Source: the human T2T-CHM13v2.0 reference genome, Homo sapiens
Length of the DNA stretch: 64,000 nt
NCBI RefSeq assembly: GCF_009914755.1
Contig: NC_060932.1
Reading direction: 5' to 3' (one strand)
Position 1 is the stretch's first letter. Each line of letters begins with the position of its first letter. The position numbers and the translations under genes were made by a program. Under the pieces are notes generated by a model, which ran no database searches, was not told the DNA's origin, and saw only the letters and a program-made list of their open reading frames with translations. This document shows positions 27,659 to 39,670 of the stretch, one piece after another.

Positions 27659-27778
27659 CCACGTCGTCTTCTTTGGAGATAGCAGGACTGGTTATGGGCT
27701 TCTGTGGGTTGACTTCATGGAAATGAACCTGGTCAAAATGGGAGAAGCCATCCTCCACAGAGTTTTTCATGGGGGATC

Positions 27779-27918
27779 TTTTTATTTTAGAGATGGCATT
27801 TCATTTTGTCACCAAGGCTGGAGTGCAATGGGTGCAATCATAGCTCACTGCAGCCTCAAACTCCTGGGTTCAAGTGATCCGCCCACCTCAGCCTCCCCAG
27901 TAGCTGGGTCTACAGGCA
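27779..27918 (-). mobile_element. Alu monomer fragment (FLAM/AluJ)
   Basis: GCAATCATAGCTCACTGCAGCCTCAAACTCCTGGGTTCAAGTGATCC. Confidence 0.9.
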
Positions 27919-30390
27919 CTTCAAGAGGGATTTTGAGTCATTTGGGTTCCTTAGCCAGCTCTGTCTCTATTTGAGGGCTGGAGTTAGTAGAAGGGAGTCT
28001 GTCCATTTTTATCAAGGGCATATTATATATTACATGAAGATCAGAGGCTCAAGGTGGTGACATAATTGGGTGTGAGATATAGTCTGTAGCCTATGGGGTA
28101 AAAAAAAATACCTGGGAAGATAGCAATTAAGTAAAGCCTAATAACAATAAAACATAAAAATTCCTTTTTATGAGATTATCCTGGGCTAGTACTCAACACT
28201 CTGGTATATAAGGGCATCTTAGGACCTATGATTTTGTGGCTTATGCTGTATCAGTTACTGCTATACCTGGAACACGGTAGATACTAAACAAATGTTTATG
28301 TAAAGAAAGAGTGAATGAACCTAGATGCCCACACCTCAGACATACAGATCCCATTAAAATTCAGCTAACATATGTTGAGAACTTATTACAAGCTAAGTTT
28401 TTTTTTTCCTTCACTTTCATGAGCGCCTGTCTTTCTAGCAACAATTTGAGGCAAGTATTTAATGGAAGAAGCAATTGAAACTCAGTGATTGGCCACCGGC
28501 ACCCACAGCACGTACAGGGTGGAAGTGGAATTTGAACCCAGGCTCCTACTAGCACATTGCTTTGCTTTCCCTTCTATTTCACCAATGGGATTTTGCCTCT
28601 TTCTTTTGTGTTGCTTTCTCCCCTCCATCCTTCCTTTCCTTAGGAGACAGCCCTCTCCTGAACCTGTGGGTTCCACTCTCGGTTTCTGGATCATCTAGAA
28701 GGTCACTGCCCCTTAGTTCCAGATTCTAAACAGACAATGCTGCGTCCAATGCCGCTTGACTATAAGGGCCGACAAATATGAGCAGAACCCAGTTTCATTG
28801 CTTCTCCCTCACCAAAATACATTAATAAACTTAATTAGCATTGACCTGAAAAAAATCAGAACAGTAACTTCCTGGCATTAGGATCAAATGCAATGAAGCA
28901 CAAGCAATAAAAACTCCATTACTGCTCCCCTCTGAGAAGCTGTCACTGATTCTCGAGGACTAGAGGGAGTTGGGTCTGACACCTCCCCAGAACCCTCCCT
29001 GTCTGCTCCATGCCTCACTGCTGGACCCTGAAGGTGAGCTGGGGCTGGGCCCCAGGTAGGATTATGTATACTTAAATGCACAACTCCTAGTGACCTTGGC
29101 TTGACTTGGGCTGCCATCAGTATCCATAAGGACCAAAACAGAGCCTGCAGGAGCTAGCTGGCCATCGGAATGGGAGGCTAGTCCTCAGCCAGATGAGCCT
29201 GGTGGTTTGCTTTGGTGGCTCAGATGATGATAGACAGGGTCAAGTCTATTTTTTTATTTAGAAAAAGATTTATGGTCTCAGCAAGAATGCTAGGGCTTAG
29301 AGCAAGGCCTCCCAGCCCATGGGGGACCCAAATAGCCAGACAGCAAACAAAATAGGCTGCCAGTCACGGGGACTAGGTAAGCCCAGAAAGGAAAGACAGC
29401 AAGAGACTCAAGGGGTTTGAACAACCAGGTGCCCAGGACTCTCCCCAGATGGATCAGAAACCTGGCTTAGGTCGATAAGAATATTCTAGATCTCATCCCC
29501 TGGTAGTCTCAGGTGACTAATTTATTGCTGCTTCTGGTCAGAATTGGCTTAGACTCTGGGTGAGAGTATGAAAGCTGTAAATGACCCTGCAAGGCACTGG
29601 GGATGTAAGTTGCTGACATTTTCCCACCCCACCCCTACTTTCCAATGATCTCATTTTATTGTTGAATTCCTATCCTATTCAAGGCATTGAGGAACTAGGA
29701 TATGGAGACAGAAATATGCACAAGCTCCAGCATTTGCCCTTGAGTGGTCCTTACTCTGGTGGGATGGTATCAGCAACCCACTGGATTTCTGCCTCTCCTT
29801 AATACTTCCCTCTGCCCTTCTTTTCCAAGATATTGTGAGATATTTGAGGAGCGTTCTGTGCTTAAATGCAGGCTTCCTTATCTCAGTCTCCACTTGGATC
29901 TCTCCAACCCATCATCTTGCTCATGAGAGCAGCACTAGGAAGGGGATGGGGGAACGCTGCTGTCCCAAATCCTATTGGTTCCCTTGCTGCTATATATACC
30001 TCATGGGCTGCCCCAAGCCCCTCTCCTGGCTCCTGAGGCCCTGCAAGGTCCCAAGAACTCAGAAAAGCATGGCAGGAGCTGATGGGCCCATCTTTTGGTA
30101 ATAACAGTGGCAGATGCTCTTTGTAGAGTTGCGTCCAACTCCAGGGGAAGGTTAGTCGAGGTGGAAGAAGTACACTGAGAGGTGGCTCTTGAAAAATATA
30201 TACTTCGGCCCAAAAGTTATTTCAGGGAGACGCTTGCAAACAATGGGAAAGATCAAGAATGAGGAAAAGGGAAAACCCAACACAAACCAGGCTGCATGAG
30301 TGGAGGGATTGGAAACTTCCTGAGAACACAAGGAAGCCCTTTTAAAATGTTTTCAACGGAGACAGCTCCCTCACACATTAGCACTCAGTT

Positions 30391-31523
30391 CCACACAATC
30401 CTGAGGTCAAGCTGCCTGGGTTCCCTGCACGTTCTGCTCGCTATGGCTGTGTGACCCTCCCACAAGGTCCTTCTCTGTAAAATAAGGGTAATGATATTAC
30501 TTATCTTTAAAGATTAAATGAGCTGCTATGTGCAAAGTTATATCATCATTGCTTGGTAAGTGTTGGATATTATCATAATATTAGTATTTGTAGATTCCAA
30601 GAGCCCATAGCTCAGAAGCAGAGACAGACATGCAAAGAACTCCAAGGCACGTAGAAATTTCGTCTTCTTCTTCCGGGCTATTCAGAGAGCAAAGCCATGC
30701 TGCTGGAGTACTCAACAGAACAAAAGCAGAAAGCAGGCTGGAGGTCGATTTCACAGGACCTTGAATTCCAAGGAGCATTCAAGGTTTCCTTAAATAGGTA
30801 CCACATCTATATACTTTAAATATGGTCTTCAAATAGGAATGCATTTTGGGGACACAAAATTTCAAACAGTATGAGAGAGAGAGCTGCAGGCTCACTAGAA
30901 AAGTCCTGCTTTGCTCATCCACCCACATTTCCATCCCTGCATCCATCAAGTGGCCCATGTCTGACCTACATCATTTGCAAACAGCCACCTCATCGTTCTC
31001 TTATTCATGCCTTCGTCTCCCACGTTGCCAGAGTTGTTTTCTCTAAGCACAGATGCGGTACCTGTTTAAGAAGACCTTAAATGCTCCCTGGAATTCAAGG
31101 TCCTGTGAAATCTACCTCCATCCTGCTTTCTGCTTTTGCTCTGCTGACACTAGACTTGCTGTTCCTTGGAAAGTTCCTGCTGCTGCCCCTCATCAGAATT
31201 AACTACTTTAGCAGCATGGCTATGCTATTTGGTTAGCCTGGAAGACAGAGAGGAAATTCCTATGTGCCTTGGAGTTCTTTGCATACCCGTCTTTGCTTCT
31301 GAGCAGTGGGCTCTTGGAATCTACAGATACTAATGTTATGATAATAATATCCTGCATTTTACCAAGCCATGGTTATATAACTTTTTTCACAGAATCTTTT
31401 TCATTTTTTTAAGGTAAGTAATGTTATTGCTCTTATTTTACAGAGAAGGATCCTGTGGGAGGGTCACAGCTACAAGGAGTAGAGCCAGCCAGGAGCCCAG
31501 GCAGCTTGACTTCACGGCTGTGG
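30391..31523. repeat. Long imperfect inverted repeat (arms ~30391-30808 and ~31051-31523, ~240-bp spacer)
   Basis: Arms align by eye as reverse complements; exact blocks 30747-30770 = RC of 31089-31112 and 30589-30607 = RC of 31307-31325. Confidence 0.95.
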
Positions 31524-31533
31524 TCTCAACCCC

Positions 31534-31952
31534 TATGTTAGGCCATTTTTGCATTGTCATAGAAAATACTGGAGGCTGGGTAATTTAGGAAGGAGAAGAG
31601 GTTTAATTGACTCATGATTCTGCAGTCTATACATGAAGCATGGGACCAGCATCAGCTCGGTTTTTGGGGAGGCCTCAGGGAGATTTTACTGATGGCAGAA
31701 GGTGAGAAGGTAGCAGGGGTATCACATGGCAAGAACAGGAGTGAGAGACAGAGAGAGACAAAGCAGAAAGCGGGAGGTGCCACACACTTTCTAGCAACCA
31801 GATCTCGCAAGTACTCACTATCATGAGGATAGCACCAAGTCAGAAGGGATCCACCCCCATGATCCAATCACCTCCCACTAGGCCCCCCTTCCAACACTGG
31901 GGATTACAATTCAACATGAGATAGGAGGGGGACAAACAGTCAAGCTATATCA
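31534..31952 (-). mobile_element. MSTA-like MaLR solo LTR
   Basis: GAGGTTTAATTGACTCATGATTCTGCAG...GGGGATTACAATTCAACATGAGAT...CTATATCA; TSD ACCCC/ATCCC. Confidence 0.9.
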
Positions 31953-34876
31953 ATCCCTAAGTTATTGCTGGGTCTCTGGAACTTTCAATGCACGTAGGCA
32001 GTCTCCAGTCGCATAGTAGGGCCTGGTCAATATTTGCAGACTGAAACAAAAGGTAAATGAGAGAATAAGGGGATGGAAGGAGCACACCACCCTGGGAAGG
32101 TGAGCCTATGGGACTGGGCTGAGAATGAAGTGGTAGGATGGGCCCAGGGCACAGGTGTGCTTGCTCTGTCTCCCTTTTGACCAGCTCGCTGACCTTGGAG
32201 GAGGCAGCCTCCAGCAGGGCTGCCCCAGAAGTCCTGGGGAGGTCCTCCTGCCTACCAAAAAATGCCTCTTTCAGCTGCTTGATGGTGCCTGAAATTGTAC
32301 CATTACAGCCTAATTCCTATAGCTTAGGCTGCTATTCCCCTGTTAAAATGCAAATCCTCCTGGGAGAGGCAAGTTATTAAACTTTATTAGTCTTTTATAT
32401 CTCATGGTGAATTTATTGATGAGAGCCCTCTCCTTAGAAATGGCCGGGATAAGGGAGAAATATGGAGATGGCATAAATGTCCTGGGCTCCAGGGAATGCG
32501 GTCACCTGAAAGGCCAGAAGTGAAGGAGCAGGGGTTGAAGGAGGAATAATGAGAGCTTGGGAACCTAAAAAGCTGACATTTCATGTGTTCTATTGCCTAG
32601 GGCCATAGGTGACTGGTAGCATGTGGTTTTGAGTGGACTGGCTGAGGAAAGGGTCACAGGCACATCCCCAGCATTGGAAGGACCAAATTCCTGGGGCAAG
32701 ATAGAGCTCTAAGTCACTAGAACGGCCTTCTCGGTCTTTGCCTTATGCAAGAGAGCAGCATTGCAGGCAGCACCATGCCCACTGTGAGCAGAGTTTTTGC
32801 AATGTGCCCATGTGCACAGTACCCTCTTCCAACGCAGTGGTCCTGGATATCCCCGTCACTCACTCCAACCCAATGGGAGACCCTCAGAGTGTCCTCTGTG
32901 TGCGCTGCTTATTTCTTGCACTTCTCTCACCCCTTGGGCCTGAAGACGACAGCTCGGTTTCATTCTCTACCCCATCGCAAACGTTTTTCTGAAACCCTCC
33001 CTTGCCATCCACTCACTGCCTGGACTGTGGTGAGCAATGGATACTGAGAGGGATCCTTTTTTTTTTTAAGGATACATCAGGGTTTCAAGAACAATATTAT
33101 TTTATGTGTTTTCAAGATACTTTTTACTGCCTTCAGATTTATGAGATGGCCTTTATTACTTCAATAAAATATTTAAAACAAAAATAAGAATGGAAGCCTG
33201 AGGTATTTGGCCTCCATTTCTCTGGAGCTTGCCCACGCAGAAATACTCCCTAACCTTCACACACATCCTCCCTCCAGAGACGCTGGCGGCCTTGGTTGCT
33301 GTGTGATTCTGATGTTCAAGAACTAGGCAGGGCTGCACTTGGGATCGTATCTTTACTCAACAAACGGTGTTTGTCTACGTGATGGGAAATAAATGGAGAT
33401 TCTAGCACCTGGAGTATTTTTTGTTGTTTTTGCTTAATGATGCATTGCATTGTGTATGCACCTTACTTTTGAAATTGTAATAGCACACAGTAGCACCTTG
33501 AATGGAAAATAATGTGCTTGCTGTATGTAGTAGCTGCAAAGAGACAGTTTGCATTGAGGGTCAGAGAGTATGTTAGTAAGAGGACAACTTAACTGAGGAA
33601 CAAGAGACCTGGGTTCCAAGCCAGCTTTGTCTCTAGTCAGCTGCAGAGTCTCAGAGGAATTACTCTCCCCTCCGGACCAGGAGCTTCTTGCATTTTTTTC
33701 AGTCATTCACTCAACAATTATTTCTCGAGTGTATCCTATATACTGGATACTATGTTCATCTGAAAAGGCAGGCAGGTGGATTAGATGGCTTCTTCCCAGT
33801 CTAACATTCTTTGGAATAGTTGATTTTAGGAGGCCTTGAGAACCTTTAATGTTCACTAATACAAAGAACGATGGACAAGGATTCTCCCCTCACTTTTAAA
33901 GATCTCCCCTCACTTTTTAAAGATCTAAATGTGAAGGTCATAAAAACCTAAAGCAGGAGGCAGGTGGTAAATCTCACCCTCCTCATTTCCCAGCAGGAGT
34001 GTGCCAGAGATTCTGGCTCCTTTATAATTCACTTGATAGAATCATATAAATTCTACTTCCTTCCCAGTGGATTTTCTTGCTCTTAAGGCAAATTTCTCTG
34101 TCATGGGAATTGGTCCCAGGAAGACTGAGAAAAACCCAGGTGGCACCAGCGCAAATCCACTCTTACAGACCTTTTTCTCTCCTCCTCACTGCTTCTTCCT
34201 TAGAAAGGTTTGGAGTCTGTTCCTTTGCAGGCGCTTTGCTAGGTGACAGCTATATGGTCTCTGTCTTTGAGGAGCTCACAGCCTAAGGGGAGAAGGAGGT
34301 GCCAGAGAATGATAGTGAGGTCTGGATGGTGCGTTGAGAAGGAGCACCCCAAACCTTCACTGGATCCAAGAAGGTTCCTCACTGGAGGCAGAAGTTAAGT
34401 TTAATCCTGAAAAAATCAATGAATTATGCAGGCAAACAAGCTGTGGATTGGTACTCTAGACAGATGGAATAGCATGGACAAAGGCCCTGAGGTAGGAGGA
34501 GGTGGTGTGTTTGGAGAAGCAGTTTAGAATGAGGCAGGTGCATGGGACAGGGCATCACATGATTCAGCTGGAAGCCCTGGCTAGGGTAAGCTCCAGGAAG
34601 CTTGCAGTTGCCATTGACAAACATTAAGCAAAGCTGTGGCATGATCTCCCTTCTCCCTAAATTGTCTGCTCTCACCAAGCAGCTTCCCACATACCAAATC
34701 CATCCCTTATCTGCTCCCTGTCAAGTCTTCAGCATCCTCTGCCTCATTCCCTCATGGAAATCCCATCCTCTTGCTTCCTTGGTTATCTTTCAAGAGGAGA
34801 ACTCATTAATTCAACCTGATAATAGTTTAATGAGAATGACAAAACATCTGTCTTTTTAACTCATGTAAACATGTTG

Positions 34877-35242
<366 letters not shown>

Positions 35243-36639
35243 CTATCTCTATTGCCCCAGCCCACCTACTAGAATAGGCACAAATCTGGGTGGGTTTGCA
35301 GAAAGCCTGTGTCCTGAGTTGTGGATCCATTTACCAAGTTAGCCACTTCCAGAGCCCACAGGCTTTTCTGGGACCTGGTTCTGTTTGTCTCTCTGTGCTT
35401 ATCTTCTCCACAGCCAGCAGGGCCCCTCTGCTGCTGATGCTATGAAGACCTCATTCTCTGCCCTGTTCCTCAGAGATCATCAGTGGTAGCATCAATATCC
35501 ATGTGACCAAATAGAGCTACAGCTCTGGCCTACACTCCCCTTTTTAGAGGCTAAGCCTTCAGATGTAGAATCCCCATATTTCCAGGCATTCACAGACTGT
35601 AGTTTCTGCAAAACACTGACAATATCTGTTTTCATCATTCTCATTGCATGAAATGAAGCTAACTTACTGAAAAGTTACTTGCCATGTACAAGTACATCAT
35701 CTCTGTTATTCATCACCAAAACCCTTTGAGGGAAGGGTCATTAACCCCACTTTTGTGAATGAAAAATGGCTACTCTGAAAGATTAAGTGACTCCCTGAAG
35801 TTCATGTTGAAAGAAGCAGAAGCAGAAGGCTTGCTCTCTTATCTGCAAATGTTACAACCATTATTGGGTTAATGAAGTGTCTGATTTGTAGTTCCAGAAC
35901 TATATTCACAGCCAATCCCTGTAAGAGGCATATTCTAAACAAGCACGTAGATAAACAAATGAATATTTTATGGTCACTATACATGTATAATCCCTTACCT
36001 ATGCATCATTCTAACTGGTCACATCCCACTGTAGCCAACCTCAGAAGTGTGTTAGGAAGAATGCACCATTAATAAGGTAGAAACTGTCACCCAGACACTG
36101 AGCTGTGCTCAGTGTTTTTGGATAAGAGTAGGTGTGAGGTGAGATTCTGCCATTTAAGATTGCACCAAACTGCATTTCCCTTGATAGCAGCTGTTCTAGA
36201 AGCTCTTTCAGACTCCTGGCTGCCCTTTGGCTCTGCCTTGGGCTACCCACTTAAGAAATCACTTTATCATGCCACTTCGTGATTGTATTTGCCCAAGGAT
36301 TGAGCTCAAAGGTCCTTTTAAATGGAAGGGTGTTTTTAAATACCTTTCTGAGCAACCTGACACTGGGGAGTAGAGTCGGGGACCCCTAAAGGCATCTGAG
36401 TTGCAGGTTACTAGTTCTCTGTAGCTGGAGATGTGGGTCACGGCCAGTGCTTGGGATGGGCCCAGATAATTCTGTAGAGAACATCAAAAACTAGTATTAC
36501 TCTAGACTCCAGATGCATTATATACACAGCGTGGGTAGAGGACTTCTCTGAGATAGGATGCTAGGGGCATTAACTCTTGGGTTTCTCTAGGATTTATCTC
36601 ATTTTGAACCTCAACTATGCCACAGCACCCTGAGATTAA

Positions 36640-37027
<388 letters not shown>

Positions 37028-37817
37028 TGATATTCTTCCACAATTTCTGTGAATGGAGAATTCCTGATGAAACAAAATGACAGAGTCTTAAAAATAGCTG
37101 GGAAGTCAGAAGAGAAATTTCAACGGATTGGGTTGTTTGCCCCAATTCTTCATGCTTCCCAGGAGCTAAGTCCTTGGTGTGGCTTTGTCAGGAACAAAGT
37201 GTACTTCCATACTGTTTGCCTGAAGGCCTCAGTCATGGGAGTTACTTTGGTCAAAGAGATGTTAGTAGATGTGATGCCACTGGGATCTTGAGATGTACTT
37301 GAGCAGTGGGGCCTGCATTCTGCCACCCCCATTTGAAAACCATGCCCTAGCTAGCTCACTATCTGCAGAAGAGTAAGAAACATAAAGTAGAGTCACCACC
37401 AAACGAGAGCTGCCCAGCGATCCTGAAAGCTCTTAAGTGAGACATCCACTCTTACTATATTCACTATTGATATTTTTGGTTGGTAGTTATATAGCATAAT
37501 TGTGGAAATGACTAATACAAAGACCTATTTGTGTAGCTATGAAATCCTCACTCCACAGGCTTCTCCCCCATGCACAAAGCATTGATAGGTACTTACTACC
37601 TGGCAGAACAATGCTAGGCCCTGTGAGGACACAGGAGAAGTGAAAGATACAACCTCTGCCCTAGAGATGTCCCTGTCTAGATAGGAGTATTTATCTAGAA
37701 AGATATGTATCTATCTAGCCCACCACAATTCAAGATGGCATCTCATGATAGCTGAACCATGGCAATGACACACTGGAGGGATCAAGCCAGCTCCCAGTGG
37801 ATCTTGTTGGGGATTCA

Positions 37818-38132
<315 letters not shown>

Positions 38133-38534
38133 TCATATCAATAGGTATTTGTCTTAGACTGTCACCTCCCACTCATACACATATATGTGTCCCATACAAA
38201 GTGACTGATAAGGAGGGAATTGTATTATTGTTCTTTGCCAACCATGACTTTTTATTGCAGATCTTAAGTTTTAGAGATGAGCTATCTAAAATAAAAAGGC
38301 ATGTCTAGCATGTCCTGAAGATGGTATTGCAGGGAAAGAAGGAACTGGAGTTGGTATGGATTCAGAGACCGCACTTTTTCTCAGCCACTCACTGGCCATC
38401 CTTCCTCTACCCAGAGGCATGGCCACAGTGGCTGAGCTTGAGAGAAAGCCAGACCTGGTGCTCATTCTATCTCTGTTGCTTACTAACTGAAAAACTCTGG
38501 GCATGCTGTCTAATTTTTCTTATTTTTAAATGAT

Positions 38535-38720
38535 TAATTATTATTTATTCATTTATTTCTTAGAGACAGAAATAAATGAATCAGTCTTGATCTGTTGCCC
38601 AAGCCGGAGTGCAGTGGCATGATCATAGCTCGCTGTAGCCTCCAACTCCTGGGCTCAAGCACTCCTCCCACCTTAGCCTCTCAAGTAGCTAGGACTACAG
38701 GTGTAAGCCACCATGTCCAG
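38535..38720 (-). mobile_element. Alu monomer (FLAM/FRAM/AluJ)
   Basis: GCAGTGGCATGATCATAGCTCGCTGTAGCCTCCAACTCCTGGGCTCAAGC. Confidence 0.9.
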
Positions 38721-38810
38721 TCTCTCCTGTTTCCCATTTTCTCTGTCTTTAAAATGAGGACAATAGTTTATACCCCTGAGAGGTATCATAAGGATTAGAA
38801 ATAATATGTC

Positions 38811-39204
38811 TATTAAGGGATAAATTGTGTTCCCCTCCAAAAAATGTATATGTTGATGTTCTAAACCCCCAACAATGTGTATGCTGATGTTCTAAGCCCT
38901 TCTCAGGTTGTGATCATTATTTGGACATACATCTTTAGAGAGGTGATTGAATTAGAATAAGGTCATTAGTGTGGGCTCTGAGCCAAAAGAACTGGTGTCC
39001 TTAGTAGAAGAGGAAACACACAGAAGAAGACCATGGGAAGAAGAGAGAAGATGCTGCCTGCAAGCCACAAAGAAAGGCCTCAATAGAAACCAACCCTGCT
39101 CACACCTTAGTCTCCGAATTCCAGCCCCCAGAATTGTGAAAGAATAAATTTGTGTTAAGTCACCCAGTTGGTAGTACTTGGTGCAGTCCTAGCAAACAAA
39201 TACA
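38811..39204 (+). mobile_element. MLT1A/B-like solo LTR
   Basis: AATTGTGTTCCCCTCCAAAAAATGTATATGTTGA...GCAGTCCTAGCAAACAAATACA; TSD ATGTC/GTGTC. Confidence 0.85.
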
Positions 39205-39259
39205 GTGTCTAAAATTCCTGGTGTGGGATCAAGCATGATCCCTGCAAATACATGGGCTC

Positions 39260-39415
39260 CACCTCACTTCCCTCCCACTTCCTCTCTACCCACTTCTCGC
39301 TGGAGGCCTTTTCCTCTTCCTCCCTCCCTCCCTCTTCTGCTGCCTTCTCTGCCAACCTCCTCTCTCTCCCCTCTCCTCTTTCTTCTATTTCTCTTCCTCC
39401 TCATTCCTTTGCTTT
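39260..39415 (+). repeat. CT-rich low-complexity polypyrimidine tract
   Basis: Nearly continuous C/T run. Confidence 0.75.
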
Positions 39416-39424
39416 TTAAGAAAA

Positions 39425-39670
39425 TTTTTTTTCATTTCCATAGGTTTCTGGGGAACTGGTGGTGTTTGCTCATATGAATAAGTTATTTAGTAGTAATTTC
39501 TGAGATTTTGCTGCACCCATCATCTGAGCAGTGTACACTGTACCCAATTTGTTGTCTTATCCCTCACCCCGCTCCCATCCTTTCCCCTGAGTCCCCAAAG
39601 CCCATTGTATCATTCTTATGCCTTTGCCTCCTCAAAACTTAGCTCTCACTTACGAGTGTGAACATATGAA
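39425..39670 (-). mobile_element. L1PB-like 3' end fragment
   Basis: TTCTGAGATTTTGCTGCACCCATCATCTGAGCAGTGTACACTGTACCC; GAGTCCCCAAAGCCCATTGTATCATTCTTATGCCTTTGC. Confidence 0.88.

Noticed and set aside
32765-32787. REST/RE1-like CAGCACCATG
   Set aside because: The right half-site (GGACAG) is absent.
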